Of a stretch of 64,000 nucleotides of DNA, positions 47,906-57,291 are shown one piece after another (within the stretch, counting starts at the first letter, position 1; each line of letters starts with the position of its first letter). Location of the stretch: the IMG/VR virus record IMGVR_UViG_3300008110_007313. One strand, 5' to 3'. The translations under genes and the position numbers were made by a program. This DNA is from a virus. Lineage: Duplodnaviria; Caudoviricetes. Under the pieces are notes generated by a model, which saw only the letters and a list, made by a program, of their open reading frames with translations, was not told the origin of the DNA and searched no databases.

Positions 47906-48695
47906 TGTACAAAGAATATTTAACCACTGGAGTATACAGGCGGTTAGATATTAGGTCACTGACAGTGGCCAATCTTTTTATTTTGTCCACAGCACCCAGC
48001 ACAATCACTGCATAACGGCGCCCAGATTCTTCGACCATCAGAGCCATGCAAAAACCCGCAGGGTTTGTAAAACCCGTTTTGCTCACAAGAATATTGTTGA
48101 ATCTAGTTAGAGTAGAAGTATTGGTGTTGTTTAAACTGACCTGACGACTGCGTTTTTTACCTGTGGCCTCCACAGAAATCTGTGTGCGAACGCTGACATC
48201 ACGAATAAATGCATAGCGATCAGCATGTGTGACCATTATAGCTAGGTCACGAGCGGTACTGACATTGAGTCTACTGAGCCCGCTGGCATCGTCGTAGTGA
48301 GTTTGCCACATGCCCAGCCTCTGTGCCTTGGAGTTCATGGCCTCCAAAAATGCACTCCGACCACCGGGGTAGTCTTGTGCCAAGGTTTCTGCGGCACCGT
48401 TGTCTGATTTGACCAGCATGGCCATCAACAGTTCTCTGCGAGTGTAGGTCTGTCGAGGTAAAAAGCTACCCACGCGATTGTCCAACATGATTCGTCGATC
48501 GAGATTCCAGTCTGAGTCCAAGGCAATCATGGCAGTCATGAGCTTGGTAATTGATGCCATGGGACGTTGTTCGTCGGCGTTTACGTTGTATTGCACTGAT
48601 CGATCTGCGGTGTCATAGACCAGTACCGATTGTGTTTTTGCCGCAACACAACCGGATACAAATACCAACAGTAATAAAAGTTGTTTCAACCCCAT
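47892..48695 (-). CDS. pbpG: D-alanyl-D-alanine endopeptidase, peptidase S11 (PBP7-like)
   Basis: Signal peptide; ASITKLMT (SxxK), SDN, SKTGFT. Confidence 0.88.
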   Translation of the reverse strand: MGLKQLLLLLVFVSGCVAAKTQSVLVYDTADRSVQYNVNADEQRPMASITKLMTAMIALDSDWNLDRRIMLDNRVGSFLPRQTYTRRELLMAMLVKSDNGAAETLAQDYPGGRSAFLEAMNSKAQRLGMWQTHYDDASGLSRLNVSTARDLAIMVTHADRYAFIRDVSVRTQISVEATGKKRSRQVSLNNTNTSTLTRFNNILVSKTGFTNPAGFCMALMVEESGRRYAVIVLGAVDKIKRLATVSDLISNRLYTPVVKYSLYNVDY

Positions 48696-48916
48696 TTTAA
48701 CTGATAAAAACTAGCCAAGGCTGCATCGCGAAACCTAAACACAGTCTGGCGATTGCGCACAGCATCGTGCGAAAAGTTGTCATATTCAGCACTGTAATAT
48801 GACCATACAAAGTCCTGCTCTTGAATCAGCCCTGATGCCATGAGCTGATTCTTGTATTCTATGGCCTCATGCGGATATACATCCTGCAGAATCACTTGAT
48901 ATTTAAGCTCAGACAA
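48686..48916 (-). CDS. Hypothetical protein
   Basis: TTG start after SD GAAAGGA; ends FRFRDAALASFYQLKW. Confidence 0.55.
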   Translation of the reverse strand: MSELKYQVILQDVYPHEAIEYKNQLMASGLIQEQDFVWSYYSAEYDNFSHDAVRNRQTVFRFRDAALASFYQLKWG

Positions 48917-49145
48917 GCCATTCCTTTCGAATGATACAGTCGCAACTTTCTGGACGACTGTCAAAATATATGCGGTAATCTTGAATTTCAAAGTGTTTGC
49001 AAAAACTAGCCCCGTATCGGGCACCTTTTAGTGCTTCAAATGTGTATTGTTTTTGCCAGGCGGTGTATTGTTCTTGGGTAACCGAACGCGGCGAGCCAGC
49101 GGCAGCAACACCACGGCCAGTAAGTTGTTGAAACACGGTATTCAC
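48909..49145 (-). CDS. Hypothetical protein
   Basis: GARYGASFCKHF motif. Confidence 0.55.
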   Translation of the reverse strand: MNTVFQQLTGRGVAAAGSPRSVTQEQYTAWQKQYTFEALKGARYGASFCKHFEIQDYRIYFDSRPESCDCIIRKEWLV

Positions 49146-49147
49146 GA

Positions 49148-49852
49148 TTACAAAATCTCCAAGTTACCCAGCTGATAGTACACTCGATTGTGATAGTATC
49201 CTCGTGGATGCTTGGCCCAGGCCTGAGCTCGAACATTGATCTCTGGGCGTTTGAACATGTTTTCAACAATAGAAATCAACGGATTGTCTTGTTTGACTAC
49301 CATGAGATAAGGCGCGGTACTGACTGAGCTGGTCCAGTAAAAATCAACATAGTCGCCTATTCGTCTACTGCGTAGCACACGTTCCAGGGGTCGAAGAGCA
49401 CCTTGAAAATTTATGTGCCCAAATGAGATTTCACTTGGATCTTGTGTAGTTGCAAACACTCGATCCTGTGCCTGATCTTCTACATAAAAATAAGGAAGTC
49501 GGTGCAACAGTCCGAGGTCCTCGTGAGTGTATTGGTGTGTGTCATTTACAATGCCGGCTATCTTGCGTCTCAGTACCGTGGTACCTTGTCCTGTTTTCAG
49601 TGCCTGCCAGGTCAGACGTGCGCGATAATACTGTCTTAGATTCTGTGCTGTTTGTCGATCTTGTTCATTGGGTACCACAGCACCAAAATCCAACCAACGA
49701 TTAGCAAAGTTTTCCTGCCAGGCTCTGTAGCTGGCGCAGGTCAGCACTACTGGATCTTCTTTGAAGGTTACCGGAGCACTGTTGCGAGGTTTTTCAACAT
49801 CTGACAGCCACTGGTCAATGACACCTCGGGAAATAACAGAAAGATTGGGCAT
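49148..49852 (-). CDS. Hypothetical protein
   Basis: EDLGLLHRLPYFY; start adjusted. Confidence 0.6.
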   Translation of the reverse strand: MPNLSVISRGVIDQWLSDVEKPRNSAPVTFKEDPVVLTCASYRAWQENFANRWLDFGAVVPNEQDRQTAQNLRQYYRARLTWQALKTGQGTTVLRRKIAGIVNDTHQYTHEDLGLLHRLPYFYVEDQAQDRVFATTQDPSEISFGHINFQGALRPLERVLRSRRIGDYVDFYWTSSVSTAPYLMVVKQDNPLISIVENMFKRPEINVRAQAWAKHPRGYYHNRVYYQLGNLEIL

Positions 49853-49859
49853 AGGTATT

Positions 49860-50345
49860 TTACACAGGGTTGGAATTTTCGTCGACTTCTTGCCAGGTAT
49901 AATCACCTAACCAGCGGACTCGGCAGATGTACTCATATTCTTTGGGTGCGGCAGTGGCCCATTCTGTGGGACCGTGCATGACCAGCCGGGTACAATTTTT
50001 TCTATGATCATGACACAACCAATAGATTTGACCATGGGAAATTTGAAACTCATATCGAGCGGCATGAACCAGGTCTGTGATGTCAAGTCTACGCTTGATT
50101 TGATCGGCCTGCTGACTCAGCACTGAGACCAACTGCATGATACGATCGTATTCTTGTTGAGCATGCAGCCTGGCCACATTGATCATGATGTCTTTTTGTT
50201 TTTCAACAGGAACAAGATCAAATTTAAATCCGCCGGCTTCGGTGGCGTAGGGTGTTACGTTGCGATTGAAAAAGTGAACCAGAGTATTACCAGTGGTAAC
50301 ATCAAAGCTGTCACGCCCTTTGGCTGAGTTGGAGTCTTCGCTCAT
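49860..50345 (-). CDS. DUF2452-like protein
   Basis: AQQEYDRIMQ..A.YEFQ..GQIYWL..GPTEW. Confidence 0.6.
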   Translation of the reverse strand: MSEDSNSAKGRDSFDVTTGNTLVHFFNRNVTPYATEAGGFKFDLVPVEKQKDIMINVARLHAQQEYDRIMQLVSVLSQQADQIKRRLDITDLVHAARYEFQISHGQIYWLCHDHRKNCTRLVMHGPTEWATAAPKEYEYICRVRWLGDYTWQEVDENSNPV

Positions 50346-51091
50346 CAGTCCCACAAGGCCTGGTAGTACTTGCCAAACAGTCGGAATCCGTTTTGAATGC
50401 GAGCTTCAACCACTTTCATGGCATCATAATCGCACTTGTAGGTGTCTTTGGGACCTTTGCCCATTTGGTAGTACCGGTGCTCGCCTTTGGGCACTTCGTT
50501 GCCGTCGGCATCAACAGGCACCCACAAGATGTCATGTTCGCCTGAGCGGAACTGGTCCTCCCAAGAGTCATCCACTTTGCACTCGAATGCAAAGATCATT
50601 TCGTCCATGGCCCAGTCCCAACGTTTGAAATGATTCTCGTCAGTGTCCCATTCGTTTTCCTTGGCAGGAGCCGCTGTGCTACGCAGGTGTTCGGGCACAT
50701 CTTCGTCATCCACAAAAGGAGCACCATGCTTGGCTTCTTTGAGCTGTTTCAGCATGGGCAGGATAATAGGACTCAAGGTATGGTCCATGCTCCAGGTGTC
50801 CCAGCGATCAATCTTGATGATCTTGATTTCAGGATGCACACGATCCAGAACCCACTGAATTGCCTTGCTGATGGGTTCAAGACGATCACTCCAATGATCG
50901 CACCATTCGGGACGTTCCACATAGGAACTCTTACCACCAGCCTTGACCGTCTCAAGGTCGTCTATAGTGCGTTGCAGGCTCTTGTTGCGACTGCACTTTG
51001 ACCAGTCAGTCCAAAAGAACATGTAGTCCAACATGGTATACGGTGAGATCCAGTGATAACGGGGTTTGCTCAAATATATTTTCATTACCAA
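50345..51091 (-). CDS. Hypothetical phage protein
   Basis: IDRWDTWSMDHTL..ILPML..W...DEMIFAF..GFRLFGKYYQALWD. Confidence 0.75.
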   Translation of the reverse strand: MVMKIYLSKPRYHWISPYTMLDYMFFWTDWSKCSRNKSLQRTIDDLETVKAGGKSSYVERPEWCDHWSDRLEPISKAIQWVLDRVHPEIKIIKIDRWDTWSMDHTLSPIILPMLKQLKEAKHGAPFVDDEDVPEHLRSTAAPAKENEWDTDENHFKRWDWAMDEMIFAFECKVDDSWEDQFRSGEHDILWVPVDADGNEVPKGEHRYYQMGKGPKDTYKCDYDAMKVVEARIQNGFRLFGKYYQALWD

Positions 51092-51276
51092 TTTCCTACG
51101 TCTGTTATGTCTTCTTGCAGATCATCATGCCCATGATAAATTGCAGAGTGGCTTGCGCCAATGCCTGATTCTGATGTTTCTTCTATTGTAACACTTTCAA
51201 TGTTTTTGGTCAAGGCCAAAAACACTGCAAGGCGTTCAATCTGATGTCGGCTCAGGGTCACTTTTCGATACGACAT
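51085..51276 (-). CDS. Hypothetical protein
   Basis: SGIGAS motif, in operon. Confidence 0.55.
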   Translation of the reverse strand: MSYRKVTLSRHQIERLAVFLALTKNIESVTIEETSESGIGASHSAIYHGHDDLQEDITDVGNW

Positions 51277-51505
51277 TCATGCTCTCCGCTGTATAGTCTA
51301 AAAAATCGCCATGTTTGTTGCGTATCAAGGCAGCATGTGGATCCAGAATTTCAATCTCCACATCATAGTTAGTGACTTCATAGTCCACAAAAGAATGGTC
51401 CTCAGCATACTGCCTAAAGTACACTCCACCCTCAAATCCTGATATCAGGATACCACGCTGTCCTTTTGCTGGAACTTCTAGATTTCCACTGTTTTTAGTG
51501 TCCAA
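51236..51505 (-). CDS. Hypothetical protein
   Basis: VYFRQY..DYEV pattern. Confidence 0.55.
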   Translation of the reverse strand: MDTKNSGNLEVPAKGQRGILISGFEGGVYFRQYAEDHSFVDYEVTNYDVEIEILDPHAALIRNKHGDFLDYTAESMNVVSKSDPEPTSD

Positions 51506-52344
51506 TTTGCGGCCTCCGGTTCGTGTCCAATATATCCACGTGGGTTACATACCACACGGGTTTCACCAATCATGTAGTCAAACGGATGGTGAGTGTGTCC
51601 ATGTGTCCACAGTCGGATATGTGGACGTTGCTCAATAAACTCATCTAGGTCTGAACTGTAGCCACCATTCATCACAGTGTCATGTGCATACATTTCGTGT
51701 GTGCTACGACGACTGGGTGCGTGATGCCCAACCACAACATACTTGTTGGGATTTTTGCCCAGCATAGCAGTTACCACTTGAATGTATTCTTTCATCTTCA
51801 CATGTTCAGACGCAGCATCATCTGGGCTAAACTTGCTCACACGAGTTTTAAACTCGCCTTCCTGTGTTCTAAAGTGAACTGGGATAGAGCTGTTGGAGAT
51901 CACACGGAAGTCATTCATCATGGTTCGCATGTGATACAAGGTCAGCGGATCATGATTGTTCATGTCAGTCCACAATGTGCCACCAATAAAGGTAACATTA
52001 TCAATGACTTTGATTTCACGTTCAAGGATATACAAGTTACTTAGATGTGCCAACTTTCTACGCATATCAGTTAATGCAGTTGCAAAATCACTATGGTAGT
52101 ACTCATGGTTGCCCATGACATAGATCACGTGGGCAAAGTTCGAGGCACAGCGTTCAAAGAAATCATGAAAACGTTCAGAGCGATGTCGAGCAAAGCCCAT
52201 TTCTGTTTGGCGACGGTCACGCATGTCCAGGTCAGCGGCTACACAGATATCGCCGCTGAGAATTAGTACTTCAGCACCATCGATGTTGGAAATGTTGATA
52301 TCACCAAATTCAAGGTGTAGATCGGACGCTATTGCTATTTTCAT
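51478..52344 (-). CDS. Calcineurin-like metallophosphoesterase
   Basis: SDLH, GDI, GNHE, HHAP, HGHTH. Confidence 0.92.
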   Translation of the reverse strand: MKIAIASDLHLEFGDINISNIDGAEVLILSGDICVAADLDMRDRRQTEMGFARHRSERFHDFFERCASNFAHVIYVMGNHEYYHSDFATALTDMRRKLAHLSNLYILEREIKVIDNVTFIGGTLWTDMNNHDPLTLYHMRTMMNDFRVISNSSIPVHFRTQEGEFKTRVSKFSPDDAASEHVKMKEYIQVVTAMLGKNPNKYVVVGHHAPSRRSTHEMYAHDTVMNGGYSSDLDEFIEQRPHIRLWTHGHTHHPFDYMIGETRVVCNPRGYIGHEPEAANWTLKTVEI

Positions 52345-52690
52345 CTGGGTTCAATTCAATTTCTTTACGTAGTTTAGCTAAGACGTCAGGATCGCCATCG
52401 ACCACTGTGGCATTGCAATCAGGAAATCTCTTGTTCAAGCGCTCACGTAGTTGAACAATGGATTCACCTTGCGCTACAAAGCTACCGTCAACTACATTAT
52501 ACATGAAATAGTTATTTTGGTCAAACTCTAATTTGAGCTTGATTTCGTTGGCCGTTTCTTCAGGTTGATCTGGACCAGATACTATGTCAGCAAGACGTTG
52601 TATCAATCGTTGAGCCATCCACCTGATGGCCAGGATCGTGATCAAGACTCCAAAAATTGCACCAACAAAAGATCCCAATAACAGTTCCAT
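52310..52690 (-). CDS. Membrane-anchored hypothetical protein
   Basis: N-terminal TM; FVAQGES. Confidence 0.6.
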   Translation of the reverse strand: MELLLGSFVGAIFGVLITILAIRWMAQRLIQRLADIVSGPDQPEETANEIKLKLEFDQNNYFMYNVVDGSFVAQGESIVQLRERLNKRFPDCNATVVDGDPDVLAKLRKEIELNPDENSNSVRSTP

Positions 52691-52691
52691 A

Positions 52692-52991
52692 TCACCCTCT
52701 CATGCTTTCCATAGTAATAATTTTACCCAATTCACGTTCAAAATCCAGTTCGTCTTGAATCACATAGACTTTGCGATAACTGCGATCTGTTTTGCGATCG
52801 TAGTGATTGAAACTCACAATGCGTCCGCCAATGGCTTTGTGTACTTGCATATTTAAGCCTTCTTCTGACTCAAAGTCATCTCGTACTCGAACTGTACCAT
52901 GTTTGCCAGAGTTGAGTCTCAACTCTGGTGGCTCAGGACAATCTTCAACATCGCGCAGTTTGCGTCGAATATAGTGCCATACAAATTTCAT
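52692..52991 (-). CDS. Hypothetical protein
   Basis: Start moved to MKFVW (ATGA overlap); AIGGRIV. Confidence 0.6.
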   Translation of the reverse strand: MKFVWHYIRRKLRDVEDCPEPPELRLNSGKHGTVRVRDDFESEEGLNMQVHKAIGGRIVSFNHYDRKTDRSYRKVYVIQDELDFERELGKIITMESMRG

Positions 52992-53440
52992 GCTGTTTTC
53001 CTTTGTTGCAAATATTGTTCCCACTGTACCCATTTGTTCCGGACCAAGAATCCCCAATCACGCTGTTTTGGTCCGGGCATGAACAAGGTCCAACAAGTTA
53101 TCGTAGGATCCAGTTCGATACGGTGGTATGTTTCAGCGCTGGCAGTTCTAAAGCTACCAGGCCCACACCACTTGGCAACTTCGCCAATTTTTTGACCTTG
53201 CTCGTTGAACTGCGGACGCCATTCCCAGTAGCCACCTTTTAAAATCAAAGTAGCAAAAGGCCAGGGATGATCATGTACATCATCAGGATCCGATTTCAAA
53301 AACTTGTGAAGAAACACATTGAAGGGGAAACGCTCTCGTTCTTTGAGAAACAGATAATAGCGTTCCAGGTAAGGTTCATTGTCCACACGATCATAAACAA
53401 TACGCTTGCGACCCAGACGTTCTAGCAATTTGAGAAACAT
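52988..53440 (-). CDS. Cupin-domain protein
   Basis: LHKF..SD..HDHPW..GGYWE..YHRIEL. Confidence 0.75.
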   Translation of the reverse strand: MFLKLLERLGRKRIVYDRVDNEPYLERYYLFLKERERFPFNVFLHKFLKSDPDDVHDHPWPFATLILKGGYWEWRPQFNEQGQKIGEVAKWCGPGSFRTASAETYHRIELDPTITCWTLFMPGPKQRDWGFLVRNKWVQWEQYLQQRKTA

Positions 53441-53491
53441 AAAAACTCCTTTGCCCAGCAATTATAGCAAAGATCAATTTAACAGTCAATA

Positions 53492-53518
53492 AAAAACCCG
53501 CCATATTAGCGGGTTTTT
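53492..53518. terminator. Intrinsic terminator
   Basis: aaaaacccgc-catatta-gcgggttttt. Confidence 0.85.
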
Positions 53519-53538
53519 GGTACTGCTAGATCTAACGA

Positions 53539-53805
53539 TTAGACCAGGCCCATGGCCATGGCCTTGTAGCCAGCGGCAATCAGTTTGCGACTTGGAGTGC
53601 CCAAACGATACTCAGTAACTTGAACATGGTTGCCGGCCACACGCTTGTTGGCGTACACAGCATAACCCGCTTGACGGATACGGCTAACTTCGGCACTAAT
53701 GTTCTTGATACCAAAACGCTTGCCGGCTTGGCTAGCGCTCACACGCTCACCAGCTTGAAGAGCGTTCAACAGTTTAAAGGTTTTAGTTTCTTGATTGATT
53801 TGCAT
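53539..53805 (-). CDS. Winged helix-turn-helix protein
   Basis: LLNALQAGE..A..RFGI.N..A.VSRIRQAGY; strong SD and own promoter. Confidence 0.7.
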   Translation of the reverse strand: MQINQETKTFKLLNALQAGERVSASQAGKRFGIKNISAEVSRIRQAGYAVYANKRVAGNHVQVTEYRLGTPSRKLIAAGYKAMAMGLV

Positions 53806-53893
53806 TTGATAATCTCCTATATAGATGCTGTTGCGTCAGCATGATGCTATTGTAGCAAACAACACTGGAGTAAATCAAGAAGTTTTGGCACTA

Positions 53894-54547
53894 TTACTTT
53901 GGTACAGTTGACCAAATAACAATAGCTCGTTTGCATTCAACCCCGTGACTGGGGAAATCGTCGCTGGTATGAAACTTGCGTCGATTGGTTGCAAACAGGT
54001 CTCCCCGGCGCCAAGGAAAAACAGCTTCAGGAGTGAGCCATTGTAGGTCTAAGCGATCCACATGTGTAAGGTATCGCTGATGAAATTCGTCGTCTATGGC
54101 ATGCGGCTGTGGTTGAATTTCGTTTACCCAAACATCCAAAGTCTTGATGGTTTCGTGTTGTTGTTCAAACACAATGGTGTTGCTTTCGTAATTGTCCAAG
54201 GGTATAATAAACGTCCAAGCAGCCAGATCAGAACCCGCGGGATCAAAACTCGCACTCATCACGTCTGAATGTATGCCGTAGGGAACATAGGCATTGAGAA
54301 TGTGTGTGGTTGCTAACTGTACATTTTGTCCAAAATGTTGATGAATTCTGGGAACAAGAATGTCTGCTACTGCCTGATACTTTTCCATCCATAAAAAGAA
54401 ACTGTGAGTGACTGCATTATGACCAGCGTTGGTGCCAACATCAATGAACGTTGTTTCAGTTGTTCGATGTTTTTCCACAGTGGATTCAATAATGGAAATC
54501 TCAGCGTCGCTGAGAAAATTTGGGATAGTACGTGATTCAAAGTCCAT
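53894..54547 (-). CDS. Fe(II)/2OG oxygenase-like protein
   Basis: IHSD..TFIIPL..FHTS (HxD..H); TAAATA 7 nt upstream. Confidence 0.65.
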   Translation of the reverse strand: MDFESRTIPNFLSDAEISIIESTVEKHRTTETTFIDVGTNAGHNAVTHSFFLWMEKYQAVADILVPRIHQHFGQNVQLATTHILNAYVPYGIHSDVMSASFDPAGSDLAAWTFIIPLDNYESNTIVFEQQHETIKTLDVWVNEIQPQPHAIDDEFHQRYLTHVDRLDLQWLTPEAVFPWRRGDLFATNRRKFHTSDDFPSHGVECKRAIVIWSTVPK

Positions 54548-54622
54548 AGTACCATATTTAATTGTAATTTTTAAACGGCGCAGATAAATAACCGTGTACA
54601 AACACATAGAACGGCGTGAAAT

Positions 54623-55054
54623 ATGTTACAAATAATAACATCTCTTAGTGATGACCTTGAGGCATTGATCCGGGACGATCCTGTTCGACCTGAGATTCCT
54701 GTCAGCGACCGAGTTAATCAGAACTCAAGAATCTACATGCTCAAAGAAGGGGACAAGACGCAGGCCGTGACCTGTGTGAAGTTCTTGAACACAATTCCCG
54801 AGGCAGTGGATGACTTGGTTGGTTTGGTTGGGAGTGCCACAACTGCGGTATTTTACACTATTTGGTCGTATTCGGCAGGTGCTGGACGCTCGCTGATTCA
54901 AGAGGCCCAGAAGTCGATTGAAGCTGAGTTTCCCGGAATCGATACCTACGTTACCTTGAGTCCAAAGACCGAGATGGCTCGTCGCTTCCATCTAAAGAAT
55001 GGTGCTGGTGTGTACCGCGAAAATTCTACCACTGTGAATTACATCTATAAGTAA
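54623..55054 (+). CDS. Hypothetical protein, GNAT-like
   Basis: AVFYTIWSY..GAGR.LI..VTLSP..FHLKNGA. Confidence 0.6.
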   Translation: MLQIITSLSDDLEALIRDDPVRPEIPVSDRVNQNSRIYMLKEGDKTQAVTCVKFLNTIPEAVDDLVGLVGSATTAVFYTIWSYSAGAGRSLIQEAQKSIEAEFPGIDTYVTLSPKTEMARRFHLKNGAGVYRENSTTVNYIYK

Positions 55055-55124
55055 TTGTGCTCGTGTAGCAATCTTGTCCTGCAAGGGGCGGGACTTGAAC
55101 GACACACATACACAGGAGAAAAAC

Positions 55125-55352
55125 ATGAGCAAAACACCTTACGAGATCCGTCTCGAACTTCTCAAAATGGCCAACGAAATCCTCGTAACGCCAGTCTTCC
55201 AAACTCGTGACGCTATGTTACAGGAATATCATTCCAAGTTAACTGAAGCTAATCGCGAAACTCACCCGTTTCCTACTTTACCAGATTTTCCGTCTAGCAC
55301 AAGTATTGTGAGCAAGGCCGAAGAACTCAAGAAGTTTGTAGACCAGGCGTAA
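55125..55352 (+). CDS. Hypothetical phage protein
   Basis: MSKTPYEIRLELLKMA..AEELKKFV; SD AGGAG. Confidence 0.7.
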   Translation: MSKTPYEIRLELLKMANEILVTPVFQTRDAMLQEYHSKLTEANRETHPFPTLPDFPSSTSIVSKAEELKKFVDQA

Positions 55353-55356
55353 AAAT

Positions 55357-55378
55357 GAAAGCCCCTTGCGGGGCTTTC
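55357..55378. terminator. Intrinsic terminator between convergent genes
   Basis: gaaagcccc-ttgc-ggggctttc. Confidence 0.85.
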
Positions 55379-55735
55379 TTATGGCTGTATGCTTTTAACG
55401 TGCTTACAGTCGCCTCGGAATCGGAAACCGGAACATGTGCATGATAGATTTCCACCATCGTCTGTGACGGTATATTCATCGCCTTTTGATCCTTTTATAG
55501 TCCATGTCTTGGCAACAGGGCGATCATTGTGATCAACAAACCCAAAAATGTTACGCACGACCTCAAACTTGCGTCCACGCACATCAATCTGAATGGGCTT
55601 TTTGAACACTTGCACATCTGCAGGATTACCCCAACGTGCATAAGCATAGGCACGATTCTTAGCATCGTCCATCCAATATACATGTGGAGTTTCTCGACCA
55701 TCGTCCCAGCGAGTCATTTCAATGAACGCTTTCAT
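55379..55735 (-). CDS. SWIM zinc-finger protein
   Basis: GSKGDEYTV..CTCSGFRFRGDCKH. Confidence 0.8.
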   Translation of the reverse strand: MKAFIEMTRWDDGRETPHVYWMDDAKNRAYAYARWGNPADVQVFKKPIQIDVRGRKFEVVRNIFGFVDHNDRPVAKTWTIKGSKGDEYTVTDDGGNLSCTCSGFRFRGDCKHVKSIQP

Positions 55736-55833
55736 TTTGCCATGATCCTTGCCAGCACTTCACGAGCAGCCGCCAAGTCCTCCACGGGCCAAGTTGAATA
55801 TTTTTGAGTCCAAGCAATAGAGTACAGTTTCAT
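55732..55833 (-). CDS. 33-aa peptide missing from the ORF track
   Basis: MKLYSIAW..ARIMAK; coupled at both ends. Confidence 0.5.
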   Translation of the reverse strand: MKLYSIAWTQKYSTWPVEDLAAAREVLARIMAK

Positions 55834-55834
55834 T

Positions 55835-56185
55835 TTATTTCTCCAAGGCGTAGGGAGCATTCCAACGACCAATGTTGACATCGATGTAATGCGAGCAGTG
55901 GAAGTAATCAGTCATTGCATCTGATTCGTCAAAGTATTCAGGACCACGCATGGCCGGAATCACTTCGCTCAAGAAGTCCCGAGCGCGACCAGTATAGTGT
56001 TCTTGATACCAGTAGGGATTGACCTGGATATAGTCGCCGCCAAAGTCAATGTTGCCTTGTTTGACTGTGAGCACCAGACTAGAATGATTGCGAACGCTGA
56101 GTGTGGCTTTGACACCATACCGTTTGCAAATGGCCCGGATAGTGGGTGCCAGACGTGCCTTGTGCTCTTGACTCATGAATGCCAT
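55835..56185 (-). CDS. Hypothetical protein
   Basis: SD AAGGAG; DSDAMTDYF..Y.D.NIG.W. Confidence 0.7.
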   Translation of the reverse strand: MAFMSQEHKARLAPTIRAICKRYGVKATLSVRNHSSLVLTVKQGNIDFGGDYIQVNPYWYQEHYTGRARDFLSEVIPAMRGPEYFDESDAMTDYFHCSHYIDVNIGRWNAPYALEK

Positions 56186-56196
56186 GTTATATCTCC

Positions 56197-56436
56197 TTAA
56201 GCGATGTTGAGTTGAACTTGCAAACCTTCCCAGGTACCAGCATGACCGGTGCAAGCGGATTCGATGCCAGGACCACTACGATAAAACTCAAGCGAGTCCA
56301 GGGCTTTCTGAACAGCGGCATTGCATTGACCAAGGTCGCCCACGCCACTACGAATCTGTCGGGCAGTGGCATAGAAGCATGCGGCACCTACAATAACACG
56401 AAAACGCTGGGCTTGTTTAAAACGCTTGACTTGCAT
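56197..56436 (-). CDS. Hypothetical early protein
   Basis: SD AGGAG; promoter at 56469-56497. Confidence 0.6.
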   Translation of the reverse strand: MQVKRFKQAQRFRVIVGAACFYATARQIRSGVGDLGQCNAAVQKALDSLEFYRSGPGIESACTGHAGTWEGLQVQLNIA

Positions 56437-56584
56437 GTTGAGCTCCTGTTTTGTTACTCTATGTCAATATTATAGCAGTTTGGGAAATTTCAGTCAACCA
56501 TAATCCCGGGCTTAGATCTTACGCTTTGAGCTGTCCTGGTTGAGGGCCGGGGTAAGGAATATCCTTGAATGTAATACTTGAGTA

Positions 56585-56863
56585 TTACATTGACCAATAC
56601 GTTTCTGAAGCCGGGTTGCAACACCAAGGAGTGTCTGCGTCAATTTCCACAGGCTTGCCACTCATCAAATTTTTGACAGTGATTTTTGGTGCAGTGTATT
56701 TGTCACGAGCAATGATGCTGAGATCTGCAACCGACCAACCTGCTTTTCGGCAAAGACGAGTGCGAGTAGCACGGGCGGCACCAAAAGTTTTGTATGCACG
56801 AGTTTTGTTGGGACCGTCTGTAACAATAAGACCGGTACCACGAGCAACGATTACATATGACAT
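56585..56863 (-). CDS. Hypothetical early protein
   Basis: Follows cassette copy 3; TPWCCNPASETYWSM. Confidence 0.65.
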   Translation of the reverse strand: MSYVIVARGTGLIVTDGPNKTRAYKTFGAARATRTRLCRKAGWSVADLSIIARDKYTAPKITVKNLMSGKPVEIDADTPWCCNPASETYWSM

Positions 56864-56869
56864 CTTGAA

Positions 56870-56929
56870 CTCCTTTTTAATTACTATACAAGTATTATAG
56901 CAAATCGGGATATTTTGGTCAACCGTTTT
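56870..56929 (-). repeat. 60-bp promoter+RBS cassette, copy 3
   Basis: Direct sequence comparison with copies 1 and 2. Confidence 0.9.
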
Positions 56930-57291
56930 GTTGTAGTGAAAAAACAACACTTTTTTGCCTGTTTTTTAAGCAGATCAAGTGTTGTTTTTTTGCAACAATC
57001 ACAGCTCAATAGCCCTGCGCGCAGGGTGCCCTTGGCAAACTGTGCTACATGAGTAAGCTCATGCGCAAGGGTAGCACCCAACACGGCTATGTCCTTGACA
57101 GGTCGGAGCACAACCAAGTAGGTGTCCATACCTTTAAGTGGCACAGTGGTGCCTAGATCTTCAAGGTCGGGATCTATTATAACATGCAGGAGCTTCTTGC
57201 TTTTGGTCAGTTTTAACTGTTCCAACATAGAAGGAAGCAGACTCTCAACAAAACGTTTGGTTTTGGTACTGCCTTCGACATGAAATTCCAT
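56884..57291 (-). pseudogene. HExxH metallopeptidase-like gene, apparently 3'-truncated
   Basis: LAHELTHVAQFAKG, then the frame runs through palindromic non-coding DNA and the next promoter. Confidence 0.5.

Noticed and set aside
56498-56560. GC-rich intergenic stretch as an ncRNA
   Set aside because: Only a 5-bp stem could be supported; inconclusive without covariation data
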